Shown here piece by piece: positions 39,670 to 50,068 of a DNA stretch of 64,000 bases (positions within the stretch are counted from its first letter, which is position 1; each line of letters opens with the position of its first letter). Source of the stretch: an uncultured archaeon. Lineage in GTDB: Archaea > Thermoproteota > Bathyarchaeia > Bathyarchaeales > Bathycorpusculaceae. A program made the position numbers and the translations under genes. The notes under the pieces are model-generated. The model did no database searches and was not told the origin of the DNA. It worked only from the letters and a program-made list of their open reading frames with translations. The stretch spans positions 64,001 through 128,000 of the forward strand of contig CAWENF010000019.1 in the NCBI GenBank assembly GCA_963810275.1. The letters are read 5' to 3'.

Positions 39670-40458
39670 ATGGCACAGAAAACCGCAGAAATCTTTGACT
39701 TACAGGGTAAATCAACAGGCACCATAAATCTGCCTAAAGTATTCTCAACCCCTATCCGCCCAGACGTAATCAAACGCGCAGTGCTAGCCATACAAAGCAA
39801 CAGGCTCCAGCCACAAGGCAGAGACCCCATGGCCGGCAAACGCACTACCGCAGAATCACGCGGCACGGGCAGCGGGATCGCAAGAGTTCCCCGCGTAAAA
39901 GGCGGCAGTGGCAAAGCAGCATTTGCCCCAAGCACAGTCAAAGGCAGACAACCACACCCCCCACGCGCAGAAAAAATCATAGTTAAAGACATACCTAAAA
40001 AAGAAGCTAAACTCGCCCTAACATCTGCCATTGCTGCAACAGCAGAAAAAGACATAGTTGTTAGACGTGGCCACAAAATCGAGGCAGTCGTTAACCTGCC
40101 GCTTGTGGTCGATAGTGCATTCGAAAACTTGGCAAAAGCCAAAGAAGTTGAGGAGGTTTTTTCTAAACTTGGTTTCGACGCAGAACTCACTCGTGTCAAA
40201 GAGAGTCGCAACATACGCGCCGGCAAAGGTAAACATAGAGGAAGAAAAATGAAACAAGCAGTCGGACCCCTTATCGTGGTGGTTGACGCAGGAAGCAGCG
40301 TTGCAAATGCAGCAGCTAACCTCCCTGGCGTGCAAGTTACGACCGTAACAAGTCTTAATACCGAAATGCTTGCCCCAGGGACACACCCAGGCAGACTCAC
40401 GGTGTGGACTAACGGTGCCATCGAGAAATTATTCAGCATTTATGGAGAAACCGCATAA
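39670..40458 (+). CDS. rpl4: 50S ribosomal protein L4 (uL4)
   Basis: RPDVIKRAV, AES.G.G and LAPGTHPGRL. Confidence 0.97.
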   Translation: MAQKTAEIFDLQGKSTGTINLPKVFSTPIRPDVIKRAVLAIQSNRLQPQGRDPMAGKRTTAESRGTGSGIARVPRVKGGSGKAAFAPSTVKGRQPHPPRAEKIIVKDIPKKEAKLALTSAIAATAEKDIVVRRGHKIEAVVNLPLVVDSAFENLAKAKEVEEVFSKLGFDAELTRVKESRNIRAGKGKHRGRKMKQAVGPLIVVVDAGSSVANAAANLPGVQVTTVTSLNTEMLAPGTHPGRLTVWTNGAIEKLFSIYGETA

Positions 40459-40718
40459 TGAAGCCAGATGAAGTAATCAATTACCCGCTGATGACTGAAT
40501 CCGCCAGCGTCATGGTTGAACGCGACAACAAACTCATATTTATCGTCAGCTACAAAGCAGGCAAAGCAGACGTCAAAAAAGCAGTTGAAGTCATGTATGA
40601 AGTTAAAGTTGATAAAGTTAACTTGCTGGTCACTCCACAAGGCGTCAAAAAAGCGTTCGTGAGGCTAAAACCCGAATACCGAGCTTCCGACGTAGCAATC
40701 AAACTAGGTATCCTCTAA
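40458..40718 (+). CDS. rpl23: 50S ribosomal protein L23
   Basis: YPLMTE, KVN and KKAFVRL; operon order. Confidence 0.96.
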   Translation: MKPDEVINYPLMTESASVMVERDNKLIFIVSYKAGKADVKKAVEVMYEVKVDKVNLLVTPQGVKKAFVRLKPEYRASDVAIKLGIL

Positions 40719-40736
40719 CCAATGAAGGCTTGAATT

Positions 40737-41480
40737 ATGGGAAAACGCATCCGTGTACAAAGAAGAGGACGTGGCGGTCAAAACTTCCGCGCCTCAACTC
40801 ACAAACGTGTAGCACCAGCAAAATATCCGACAATTGCACCAAAAGAATCATTCGAACTTGAACTCGTTGGTGTCGTAGTTGACTTACTCCACGACCCCGG
40901 ACGTGGCTCACCACTATCTCTCATCGAATTTGAAGACGGCTCATCTATCTACAGCATCACACCCGAAGGAATATATATTGGACAAGAAATCACCTACGGA
41001 GGTAAAGCCTACGCTGAAATCGGCAATATCCTACCATTGGGCAAGATGCCTGAAGGAACATTAGTTTGCGACCTCGAACTTCGTCCAGGCGACGGAGGCA
41101 AAATGGCCCGCAGCTCAGGCGCATACGCAACAGTCGTCGGTCATACCCCCCAAGGCACAATGATCCGTTTGCCCTCGGGAAGAACCCGTTACGTTAATGA
41201 TTACTGCCTAGCAACAGTCGGAGTTATTTCCGCTTCGGGACGGATCGAGAAGCCGTTCCTTAAAGCAGGCGAGAAATACCATCAGATGAAAGCCAAAGGC
41301 CATAAGTACCCACGCACCAGCGGTCGCAAAATGGTTCCCGCTGTTCACCCCTACGGCAGCAGCAAACGTAGCGCCCGCAGAACCACAACAACAAGTCACG
41401 GTGCACCTCCAGGACAGAAAGTAGGCTTAATCGCCGCCCGTGGCCCAGGACAGAAAAAGAAACGAGCCATTAGAGGTTAA
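40737..41480 (+). CDS. rpl2: 50S ribosomal protein L2
   Basis: MGKRIRVQRRG, HDPGR and PPGQKVGLIAAR. Confidence 0.97.
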   Translation: MGKRIRVQRRGRGGQNFRASTHKRVAPAKYPTIAPKESFELELVGVVVDLLHDPGRGSPLSLIEFEDGSSIYSITPEGIYIGQEITYGGKAYAEIGNILPLGKMPEGTLVCDLELRPGDGGKMARSSGAYATVVGHTPQGTMIRLPSGRTRYVNDYCLATVGVISASGRIEKPFLKAGEKYHQMKAKGHKYPRTSGRKMVPAVHPYGSSKRSARRTTTTSHGAPPGQKVGLIAARGPGQKKKRAIRG

Positions 41481-41502
41481 AAAATTAAAGGAGAAATAGA
41501 AT

Positions 41503-41907
41503 ATGCCGAAAGAATTTAGTTACCGCGGACACAGCATTGAAAGTCTATCAGCAATGTCCATGGACGAATTCATTAACCTTCTTCCATCCCGCCAACGCAG
41601 AAGTCTACAACGTGGACTTACACCCGAACAACGTATCCTGCTTGAAAAGCTACGCACAGCAAAAGAAGGTAAAAAAGCCACAAAAGAAAGTGGAATCAAA
41701 ACCCATGTACGCGACTTGATTATCCTCCCAGAAATGGTTGGTGTCAAGATCAGCGTGCACAACGGCAAAGACTTCGTCGCCATGGAAATACGCCCAGAGA
41801 TGATCGGTCACTACCTCGGAGAATTTGCCATAACTAACAAACCGGTTAGGCATGGAACTCCTGGTATCGGTGCGTCTCGTTCTTCAATGTATGTGCCATT
41901 GAAGTAA
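41503..41907 (+). CDS. rps19: 30S ribosomal protein S19
   Basis: KTHVRD and [11 protein letters not shown]. Confidence 0.97.
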   Translation: MPKEFSYRGHSIESLSAMSMDEFINLLPSRQRRSLQRGLTPEQRILLEKLRTAKEGKKATKESGIKTHVRDLIILPEMVGVKISVHNGKDFVAMEIRPEMIGHYLGEFAITNKPVRHGTPGIGASRSSMYVPLK

Positions 41908-41911
41908 CTCG

Positions 41912-41945
41912 TTTCTTTTCTTTTATTTTCCTTGTTTTTGTTTAG
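41912..41945 (+). terminator. Oligo-T archaeal terminator after rps19
   Basis: TTTCTTTTCTTTTATTTTCCTTGTTTTTG immediately after the stop codon. Confidence 0.55.
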
Positions 41946-42231
41946 TGCAAAATTTGTTTTTGTCTTTTGATAGTTTTAATAGTTGGTTTTCTTGCTGCTT
42001 CTTTAGTTTAAATTCTAACGTTGGCTTTTTGGCGTCTGAATCTTGGATAAGTTGCTGGCTGATTGCGGTGGTTGTTATAATCGGTTCCAAGATAGCCCAA
42101 GATTCATTATTTGGGCGCGCCGTAATTCTAAGGAATGTATTATCGGAAATTGTTATTGCCAGATGTTCGAACGTCTTTTTATAAAATCAGCATTTGAAAA
42201 ATTGAGAAGAAATGAATTTGAAAACTTTGGT

Positions 42232-42663
42232 TTAGCGACTGTAGTCTCTGCCGGATAGTTTTGAGCTTGGAGGTTTTGCGCCTGCTTCTGGAATCTGGGG
42301 CAGTGGAATAGGCGGTGGAATGTTGAGGCTACGTGATATCAAAACTGATTCTATGAACACAACATTTGAGATGGATTGGACAATTATGGGTGCCGGCGGC
42401 TTTTTCTGTTCATAGTCTTTTAGGACTTTGTCAACATCATCTTTTTCGCCGACCACATAAGCGTTGCCTTTGAGGCTTAACTGGGCTATGGAAGGATTGT
42501 AAATTATGGATAGCACGAAAGGTACTTCCAATGATTCATCTTGTTTTTTCTCCATCCCCACCACATTGATGTTTGTGCTGATTTGTATGGGCGGAACAGG
42601 CTTGCGAATATCCCAGAAACGTTCTGCTGAAATACTGGATAACACTACATTTACTCTGAGCAT
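42232..42663 (-). CDS. Conserved archaeal hypothetical protein (SecB-like fold suspected)
   Basis: ISAERF...F.LSI.YNPS.A...G...LNIPPPIPLP pattern. Confidence 0.7.
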   Translation of the reverse strand: MLRVNVVLSSISAERFWDIRKPVPPIQISTNINVVGMEKKQDESLEVPFVLSIIYNPSIAQLSLKGNAYVVGEKDDVDKVLKDYEQKKPPAPIIVQSISNVVFIESVLISRSLNIPPPIPLPQIPEAGAKPPSSKLSGRDYSR

Positions 42664-42708
42664 GTTAGGTCAAAAAAGAAATAGTGCGGTTGAGGGATTT
42701 AAAACTGT

Positions 42709-42939
42709 TTATTTCTGCTTATAGCGAGTAAAACCGCAGTGGCCGCATGTGTACCTGTCGTGATGGTCTGCCATAAAGTAGCCTGGACCGCAACGTTCAC
42801 AGGTTGGGCGTGCACGTGAAAGTTTTTCCCCTTCAACTTTATACATATCTTTAACACCGCTTTTTGACTCGGCTTTCTTATCTTTCTTCTCTTCGCCTTT
42901 CTTAGCTGCGTCGGGTTTGGCTCCGCCTTTTGGTGCCAT
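42709..42939 (-). CDS. rps27ae: 30S ribosomal protein S27ae (eS31)
   Basis: CERCGPG.FMADH.DRY.CGHCG. Confidence 0.95.
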   Translation of the reverse strand: MAPKGGAKPDAAKKGEEKKDKKAESKSGVKDMYKVEGEKLSRARPTCERCGPGYFMADHHDRYTCGHCGFTRYKQK

Positions 42940-43247
42940 TATGCAGTCGCCTCTTCCTTAGGTTTTTCTGGGTTATTCCGTTTTTGGATGTATTCGGGTT
43001 CAACTAGTTTAGCCTGAGCAACGGACTGGTAAACGTTAGCTACTCCCTGAGTTATGGTGGTTCCGGTTTTGGTACGCATACGTTTAATATATACAACGTC
43101 GTCGCCTACTTTCATTTCTACGGCAACGGCTTTCTTGGCTTCCATTCTATGTGGAGTTTTCTCTTTTGGACCATGAATAATAGTGAAGCCTACTTCTGTC
43201 CGTTTAAGAAGCGGGTTTACTTTGGATGATTCAATTTTGATTTGCAT
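42939..43247 (-). CDS. rps24e: 30S ribosomal protein S24e
   Basis: NPLLKR.E...TP.R...EPEYI..RN. Confidence 0.93.
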   Translation of the reverse strand: MQIKIESSKVNPLLKRTEVGFTIIHGPKEKTPHRMEAKKAVAVEMKVGDDVVYIKRMRTKTGTTITQGVANVYQSVAQAKLVEPEYIQKRNNPEKPKEEATA

Positions 43248-43289
43248 TGTCTTCACTTAAGGCGTAAATTCAAACAGTATTCTTCTTAT

Positions 43290-43817
43290 TTAGCTTTTCG
43301 AAGATTTCATCTCGTTTAGGAAGCCTTTTACTTGCTCTTTCATTGTTTTCGTCGATTCGGCAACCACAATACCTACATATGGCTGCCCATAAACAATGAA
43401 CGCTTTTTCAGGTGCGTACAAGATTGCGGGAAGTGTCAGAAGGTCTTCTTCGCCGTCAACTACTATATGTGTGTGCACACCACTCTCTAGCGCCGCTTTA
43501 ACTGCGACGGCTGCCTCCTCTGTTATGGTACCCTGAGGATTTTTGACATAAACGGTTTTCTCCACCTCCGCCTGCTCTGGCATGAGCTGGTGCCGCAGGG
43601 ATTTGCCGTCAAATATACTAAGCTGCGGGTCAAAGTTGAACTCGTGAAGACTCTGGCTCACTACATCGCCTACCGCCACTATCGCAAGTGGCTTTTCTTT
43701 GGTTGTTTTTTCCTGAAGTTTCCTCATAGTATCCTGTTGGGATCCCAAAATCAGTGTTCCAAAAGGTTCCTTGAAGAAGACACGTAGGCGAGGGGTTAGA
43801 GTGTACTCTACTTTCAT
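43290..43817 (-). CDS. GTP-dependent dephospho-CoA kinase (DUF359)
   Basis: VGDVV, NPQG.I, DGEEDLL and YGQP motifs. Confidence 0.92.
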   Translation of the reverse strand: MKVEYTLTPRLRVFFKEPFGTLILGSQQDTMRKLQEKTTKEKPLAIVAVGDVVSQSLHEFNFDPQLSIFDGKSLRHQLMPEQAEVEKTVYVKNPQGTITEEAAVAVKAALESGVHTHIVVDGEEDLLTLPAILYAPEKAFIVYGQPYVGIVVAESTKTMKEQVKGFLNEMKSSKS

Positions 43818-43869
43818 TCGTTAAACATCAAAAATAGAAGAGGGACTGCTAAGTTAAGAAGCTATTTGC

Positions 43870-44055
43870 TTAGCGGACTTTGAGGGCGTATCTTCCTTTC
43901 TCTTTTATATTCATGGCTTTAGCGACGGCGCTGTGGTCAGGATCAAACATGACTACTAAACCGGCGTAGTCTTCGCTAAAACTTGTGGATTTGCATTTTG
44001 GGCACACGTTTTCTTTGGTGATGAAGTGGCAGTTTGTGCATGCTTTCTCGCTCAT
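43870..44055 (-). CDS. spt4: Transcription elongation factor Spt4 (RpoE'')
   Basis: ACTNCH...CPKC...S.VAK...G.YALKVR. Confidence 0.95.
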   Translation of the reverse strand: MSEKACTNCHFITKENVCPKCKSTSFSEDYAGLVVMFDPDHSAVAKAMNIKEKGRYALKVR

Positions 44056-44067
44056 TTTTTCTGTCTC

Positions 44068-44646
44068 CTAAGCTTTGGCTGGGGCTTCAGCTGGTTTCTT
44101 TTCGCCGCTTTGGTCTTCTTTTAGCCAATCAAGTTTTCCCAAGAATGGTTGTCTTGCTGTTATACCGATTTTGCCGCTGCTGCCTGCTCTACCAAGTGAG
44201 ACTGCGGTGATGCGGGCACGGATTTGGTCGCTGCTGCTGAGTTTACGTTTGGTTTCTTTGCCCAAAAGCACGCCCTGTTTTTCGTCGTAGCTAATGTAGT
44301 CGTCCATTAGTTGGCTGACGTGGAGAAGTGCGTCGACTGGCCCGATTCGGACGAATGCGCCGAAGTCTGCGATTTCCACTACGTCGCCTTCCACGACTTC
44401 CTGTATGATTGGGTAGAATGTGAGAAGGGAAAAGCTTACTTTGTGGTATGTTGCGCCGTCGCCTGGGATAATCTTCCCAATGGGGCTTACCTCTATGCCT
44501 GTAACAGCTATGACGTATCCTAATTCTTCGTCCACTATACCTTCGTATTTATGTTTAACTTGGTCTCTGCCCACTTTCTCCAGTGGGTTACCGAAGGTTT
44601 CGGGTGGAATACGGATGGTATCTTGAAGAGTAATTAATTTGAACAT
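44068..44646 (-). CDS. rpoE: RNA polymerase subunit Rpo7 (E')
   Basis: IRIPP..F, GDGA and S1 domain FGAFV.IGP.DALLHVSQ. Confidence 0.97.
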   Translation of the reverse strand: MFKLITLQDTIRIPPETFGNPLEKVGRDQVKHKYEGIVDEELGYVIAVTGIEVSPIGKIIPGDGATYHKVSFSLLTFYPIIQEVVEGDVVEIADFGAFVRIGPVDALLHVSQLMDDYISYDEKQGVLLGKETKRKLSSSDQIRARITAVSLGRAGSSGKIGITARQPFLGKLDWLKEDQSGEKKPAEAPAKA

Positions 44647-45069
44647 CTACAATATCAACCCGTCAATGTCTAACCGAGATTTTTGTCTCAGATAAATCAC
44701 TGGCACACTTATATCTCTTAGCCTCCTTCGAAGAGCAATATCATTTGTTAAAACGGGGCTACCCCAGTTTTTCGCCACTCGTGCAATTACGTCATCTACT
44801 CCTTCGTCTTTAGAGTCCACAGCCACCAGCCGGCATTTTTTTGATAGACGCAAAGCAAAACTAGCTTGCCTTTGCACCTTCGGCTCATCACCCTCAGCCA
44901 ACAGCTCCAACTCACGCTTAACCACAGAAAGCAGCACAAAATCAACGTTTCGAGTCAACAACCGCTTTGTTCCATCGTAAATGTCCAATTTGAACTCTAA
45001 AGGTATGAAGAATGAATTAGAATCCAAAATCACTTTAACGGGTTGAGCTGGGCGTTTCTGTGACGACAC
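44647..45069 (-). CDS. PIN-domain protein (Fcf1/Utp24-like)
   Basis: VILDSN, V.REL, DD and TND..LRRRL; conserved position before rpoE. Confidence 0.88.
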   Translation of the reverse strand: MSSQKRPAQPVKVILDSNSFFIPLEFKLDIYDGTKRLLTRNVDFVLLSVVKRELELLAEGDEPKVQRQASFALRLSKKCRLVAVDSKDEGVDDVIARVAKNWGSPVLTNDIALRRRLRDISVPVIYLRQKSRLDIDGLIL

Positions 45070-45199
45070 ATGCAGGAGCTCCTTGTTTTTGTAACTGTGC
45101 CTGTGAGCTTAAAGGTTTTGCTAGGGCAAGGCTCCATAGGGTCTACTACTACTTTAAATATTAAGAATTAATGAATTGGTGCAGATTAGGTGACTTGTT

Positions 45200-45632
45200 A
45201 GTGCTCCGTGAAAAATCCTGTGGCGCAGTTATATACATTAACAATCAAGAGTTAACTCGATACCTTCTGCTTAACTATACAGGGGGTCACTGGGACTTCG
45301 TTAAAGGCAACGTTGAGCACAATGAAACAGAGAAGCAAACCGTCATTAGGGAAATGATGGAGGAAACAGGCATAACCCACGCAGAGTTCATAGGCGACTT
45401 CCGTGAATCAATAAACTACTTTTACCGCCGCCAAGGACAAAACATCAACAAAGAAGTGGTGTTCTACATAATCGAATCTCAAACCGAAGAAGTTACCATA
45501 TCTTTTGAGCACATCGGCTACACTTGGCTCACATACCAGCAAGCCCTCGATAAATTAACGTTTAAAAACGCCAAAGATGTACTGCAGAAAGCCCATGATT
45601 TCTTGCAAAGAAAGGGCTTAGTGAGAGGCTAA
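45200..45632 (+). CDS. NUDIX hydrolase (Ap4A hydrolase-like)
   Basis: EKSCGAV, HWDFVKG.VE.NET...REMMEETG and S.EH..Y.W. Confidence 0.9.
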
Positions 45633-45638
45633 ACCGCT

Positions 45639-46883
45639 TTATTTTATGAGCCCATACCCGATGAGTCTCCATCGGGCAGTGATTTTTCTACTGATGGCAA
45701 CTCGGCTGCCCGGTAGGGCGCAAATAGGTCTTGTTAATTTGACTTTCAGTTGGTTCTGCTTTATGTTGATAACTTTGCCCACGTTAACCGCTGCACCGAT
45801 GTGTAGCAGCAACGCCTCATCAGGGTTGATTTTCTCGACCTTCTGCAACTCCTTGCTGCCTACAACGCGTTCAAGTACGAAAGTGTCCATAGTGATTTCG
45901 GTTACGGTGGGCGGCAACATGCCTGACTTGCCTGCAATGCTTCCAGTTAAGCCATCTGCTTTAGAGTAGGATGGGTCAAGCAGAGTGCCTACTCCGACGA
46001 GTCCGCCGCAGGTGGCTTCTTTGACGTTTTTCTCTCCAGCGTGTAGACTGACGATTTCGCTAACCAATGGGTCGTAAACGGTTTTGCCTTCCCGTTCCGT
46101 CATGATGCCTGGGCGAATCTCAATTTCTTCACCGACAGCAAATTTTCCCTGCACGATGGTTCCGCCGATGATGCCGCCTTCTATGTCGTCGATGGTTGTG
46201 CCTGGCTTGTTAATGTCAAAAGAGCGGATGATATACATTAACGGTGCCACGTCGGGATTGCGGTGTGGCGTTGGGATGATGGCTTGTATAGCCTCTAATA
46301 GGACATCGACGTTTATGCATCGCTGCGCCGAAATCGGAATGATGGGTGCGTTCTCCGCTACAGTCCCTTTAACGAACTCTTTAATTTCCTTGTAGTTTTC
46401 CAACGCGCGTTGGCGGTCTACGATGTCGATTTTATTTTGAACAATAATGATGTTTTTCACGCCACTGACTTCTGCCGCTGCAAGGTGCTCGCGGGTCTGA
46501 GCCTGCGGGCAGGGCTCGTCGGCTGCGATGACGAGGATGGCGCCGTCCATGATGGCTGCTCCGGAAAGCATTGTTGCCATAAGCGCTTCGTGTCCGGGTG
46601 CGTCGACGAAGCTTATTGCGCGCACAAACTCGGCGGGTGAGTTGCATTTTTCACAGACTGGTTGGATGGTGTAGTTGTTGGGTGGCGGGCACTTGGTGCA
46701 TTGGAAAATGGGCATATCTGCATAGCCAAGTTTGATGGTGATGCCTCTTTTGAGTTCTTCACTGTGACGTGACGCCCAAGTGCCTGTTAACGCTTGGACA
46801 AGAGTGGTTTTGCCGTGGTCAACGTGACCGATGGTGCCTATGTTGACTTCTGGCTGCTTGGGTAGGGCTTTGGCGTTACTCAT
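45639..46883 (-). CDS. eif2g: Translation initiation factor aIF-2 gamma
   Basis: GHVDHGKTT, RGITIKLGY, DAPGHE, QNKID and WRLIGYG. Confidence 0.98.
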   Translation of the reverse strand: MSNAKALPKQPEVNIGTIGHVDHGKTTLVQALTGTWASRHSEELKRGITIKLGYADMPIFQCTKCPPPNNYTIQPVCEKCNSPAEFVRAISFVDAPGHEALMATMLSGAAIMDGAILVIAADEPCPQAQTREHLAAAEVSGVKNIIIVQNKIDIVDRQRALENYKEIKEFVKGTVAENAPIIPISAQRCINVDVLLEAIQAIIPTPHRNPDVAPLMYIIRSFDINKPGTTIDDIEGGIIGGTIVQGKFAVGEEIEIRPGIMTEREGKTVYDPLVSEIVSLHAGEKNVKEATCGGLVGVGTLLDPSYSKADGLTGSIAGKSGMLPPTVTEITMDTFVLERVVGSKELQKVEKINPDEALLLHIGAAVNVGKVINIKQNQLKVKLTRPICALPGSRVAISRKITARWRLIGYGLIK

Positions 46884-46984
46884 GTGGTTCTTCTCTTCTG
46901 TGAATAATTGGAAACGAGTAAAAAGAATAAGTTATGGAGTTTATAAGGGTTAAGCAGGCTTAAATAAAAAGCCTGGTCTACTGC

Positions 46985-47365
46985 TCACTCAGCTTTAGCT
47001 GGGGCAGTTACTTGGGCGGGTCTGTCAACAATTTTTACGTTGATTTGGACGATTTCGTCGGTAATTACTTCGCCTCGGACGGTTTTTCTTTTGCGTCCAC
47101 CTTTACGGGTTGGGTTGTATCCTGCGCCACCGCTTAACACTACTGCTCTGCGGACGCCTCCGTGGACGTCGTTTCTCATTGGCACGCCGTCGCTGTCGCT
47201 ACCGCCTGTAAGTTGGATTTTGTGTGCTGGCATATCAACAGCTGCGCCGTCTATGGTTTCGCCCAGTTTTTTCCCTATGAATGGGCTTGCGCGTGCTTCT
47301 TCCAGCTCTACGACTTTGGATGTTCCCGCTTGTGGGTCGGAAACTATGACTTTGAACTTTGCCAT
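46985..47365 (-). CDS. rps6e: 30S ribosomal protein S6e
   Basis: FKVIVSDP, TGGSD.DG.PM and RKTVRG. Confidence 0.97.
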   Translation of the reverse strand: MAKFKVIVSDPQAGTSKVVELEEARASPFIGKKLGETIDGAAVDMPAHKIQLTGGSDSDGVPMRNDVHGGVRRAVVLSGGAGYNPTRKGGRKRKTVRGEVITDEIVQINVKIVDRPAQVTAPAKAE

Positions 47366-47488
47366 ACTGATTAACTCTCCAGCGGAATATGTAAGTTGGC
47401 TGGTCTCTCTATTAAGTATTTATCCCCTGAAAATGTAATTCATCAGAAATAACAATTTACGGCTGGCAATTAGCCTAAGTTTTAATGG

Positions 47489-48634
47489 CTATCTATTGTC
47501 TGTGTTTTCCCGTCTCTCACAAATCGGCGGTTGCTGGTCAGTTATCTCTTTGTCTGTTTTGGGGTCATTTTGCTTTTTCATGTTTGGTGTTTTGGGGTCT
47601 CTAGGCGAGATAACGGTAAAATGGAATGTCATATAGGAAATGATGGTTTTTAAGAAGAAAATCAATACGCCGCCCAAAAGCGCCACGGAAGCGCCGACGG
47701 CAAAGGGTACGCCAAGTGTACGGTAGATTTCGCTTGTTATTATTTGGGCGTAGCCTACAAAGGCGTATCCTTGCGATTCTAAGTTGCCGGCAATGGATTT
47801 TACGATTACGACTTTGTCAATTGGAATCAGCTGTGAGAGCGCGGCAAACACGAAGAGCAGGGTGATGATTTCAAAGCACCATCCCAGAAAAGAAAATAAG
47901 ATTGGTTTGATTAGCATTTGGGGTTTTTTGAGAAGTATTTTCATGCCTTCGTGGTAGTCGCCTAACGCTTTGTCCACTTTGCCTTCAAGGGTTGCAAGAG
48001 TAGCACGGTTTTTGAAGATGCGACTCAGGCTGTTAAATAAGTGTGTTACTATCTTTTTGGCTGCTACTGGTTTGAAGCTTGCTAAAAGTAGTACTGCAAG
48101 CGGTAACGTGAGAAGCAGGATTATGCTGCCTAGGCTTATAAGCAATGAAGTTTCCAATCGGTAGTTTATGATCAGCAGTGTAAGCGCGAAAATCATGCCT
48201 CCGAGGTTGAATACTGCTTCGTACATGTTTTTGGCGACTACCGATGCGACTGCTTTTCCGCTTTGTATGTTGGGGTCTTTGTTTAGCAGGTAGGCTTTGA
48301 AGAGGTCGCCTGACCAGCCTCCTGGGATTAGGTTGTCTATGAATATGCCGACCCAGTAAAGTTTGAATGCTCGAAGCAGGGTGATTTTGATTTGAAGGGC
48401 GCTAAGGAGTTGACGCCATACCATGGTGTTGAAGAATATAGAAACCATGAGGCTTAGGATAGCTAGCATGTAGAGTGATAGGTTTGTTTGCTCAACGACT
48501 CCTACCAGTTGGGGTATACCCACAACGTAGAGGAGATACAAAATCAGCGCTGTGTACCCAATTAGTGTGGTGACTATTATTAACCTCTTGATAGATGGGC
48601 TGATTGCAAAAGGTCTCGCGCCACTCTCTTCCAT
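47489..48634 (-). CDS. Lysylphosphatidylglycerol-synthase-TM / flippase-like membrane protein (UPF0104)
   Basis: W..LL...G.F.DNLIPGG.SGD..KAY motif and many TMs. Confidence 0.8.
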   Translation of the reverse strand: MEESGARPFAISPSIKRLIIVTTLIGYTALILYLLYVVGIPQLVGVVEQTNLSLYMLAILSLMVSIFFNTMVWRQLLSALQIKITLLRAFKLYWVGIFIDNLIPGGWSGDLFKAYLLNKDPNIQSGKAVASVVAKNMYEAVFNLGGMIFALTLLIINYRLETSLLISLGSIILLLTLPLAVLLLASFKPVAAKKIVTHLFNSLSRIFKNRATLATLEGKVDKALGDYHEGMKILLKKPQMLIKPILFSFLGWCFEIITLLFVFAALSQLIPIDKVVIVKSIAGNLESQGYAFVGYAQIITSEIYRTLGVPFAVGASVALLGGVLIFFLKTIISYMTFHFTVISPRDPKTPNMKKQNDPKTDKEITDQQPPICERRENTDNR

Positions 48635-48777
48635 GGTTAAGTAGTATTTTTAACGCTATTTCAGTTTTATCCAAATATTACTTGCCTTTTTGTCTTCTCT
48701 CAGCTGGAGATTTCAAGCACAATTCTGATTTCTCAGCTAGGAAACATTTTATCTCCCTTCACTGTGGTGCTCTTGCT

Positions 48778-50019
48778 ATGTGGCGGCTTGGCTTCTTCTT
48801 CCACGATATGGCGTTTGGGTTACTAACAGTTTTCATTCCGCTGTACGTTGTTACTTTCCAAGACACAAGCCTCCTTGGCGGACCACTTATGACTTTGGGC
48901 ATAATGACATCCATAGCCATTTTCTGTTCCATTCCCACATCGTACTTTTGGGGACATCTCTGTGATAAAAAACGCCGCTACAAAGCTTTCATACTACTTA
49001 GCTTCGGCTCTATTTCCATAATCCTGTTTTTGATGTCTTTGCCTTTCGCTCAAAACCTCTTAGTATTCATAGGCCTCTACATCGTCATGCAGATGCTACA
49101 CGTCGCCCACGAATCCCCCAAAAATGTGTTAGTTACCGAACACTATAGCCGCACCGACTGGGAACACTCCTTTGGGCTCTATGAGGGCGTAACCGAAATC
49201 GGGTTCATAGCTGGCTTAGCGGCAGGCATGATTATCTTTGCTTCCACAGTTGCTATCCCCACTTTGATCACTTACACCTTTTACTTGTGTTGCGGCTTAA
49301 ACGTCGTCTCCTTTGTGTTGGCGGTGCGGTTAATTACTGACCCCATAATGATTTTCGAGCGGCGACTTGTAGGTCTTGAGCGGTCGCTTGAGTTGGCACA
49401 CCGTGGTTTTGAGAGATCCTCCCGAATCATGGACGGACTAAAATGGCGTGGCTCACTTAAACGCGAAAGTTTCTCAAAATTCGCAGTTGCTATAGTTTTG
49501 TATTCTCTTGCCTCAAGCACATTATTTACTCCACTGCCCATTTACCTGCTTCACCTCTTCGAGGGACAGCAACAGTACGTATATTTTGCTTTCATTCTCT
49601 GCTCCATTGGAGCCGCTTTAGGTTACTTTCTTATCCGGGCTAAATCTTCACTAGATAACAAGCGCCAAATGCCCCGTTACATGTTCCTTCGCAGTTTCCT
49701 CGTTTTTATTTTGGTTGCGGTTGTCTCCTTCGCCATTTTCCCTGTGATATTAACTTGTGTTATACTCGTGGGATTGGGGTTTGTTTTCTCCATGTACTAC
49801 ATCATGATGCTTGCTTTGTCAATGGAGATTATTCCACAGGGCAAAGCAGGATTATTCGACGGCATGGTAAACTTGGGCCTTGCAGTAGGCGCTTTTCTCG
49901 GGCCATTCTTAGCGAGCTACTTTTCTTATTTGCCTAAGCAATTCGTTTATTTGCCTATATTCGTAATTACGGCTATATTGTTTTTAGTTGCCTACATATC
50001 CATAAAACTTGCAAGATAA
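48778..50019 (+). CDS. MFS transporter
   Basis: About 12 TMs, WG.L.D..RR motif A and G...G...GPF; start MWRLG. Confidence 0.85.
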   Translation: MWRLGFFFHDMAFGLLTVFIPLYVVTFQDTSLLGGPLMTLGIMTSIAIFCSIPTSYFWGHLCDKKRRYKAFILLSFGSISIILFLMSLPFAQNLLVFIGLYIVMQMLHVAHESPKNVLVTEHYSRTDWEHSFGLYEGVTEIGFIAGLAAGMIIFASTVAIPTLITYTFYLCCGLNVVSFVLAVRLITDPIMIFERRLVGLERSLELAHRGFERSSRIMDGLKWRGSLKRESFSKFAVAIVLYSLASSTLFTPLPIYLLHLFEGQQQYVYFAFILCSIGAALGYFLIRAKSSLDNKRQMPRYMFLRSFLVFILVAVVSFAIFPVILTCVILVGLGFVFSMYYIMMLALSMEIIPQGKAGLFDGMVNLGLAVGAFLGPFLASYFSYLPKQFVYLPIFVITAILFLVAYISIKLAR

Positions 50020-50068
50020 AACTTGCAAAAATAGAAGAGTTGAGTTGATTTCCGCTCTGGTCTTTTGT

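Noticed and set aside
39525-40439. 304-aa antisense ORF
   Set aside because: It is a shadow of rpl4 produced by codon bias; the same applies to the many short antisense ORFs in the track.
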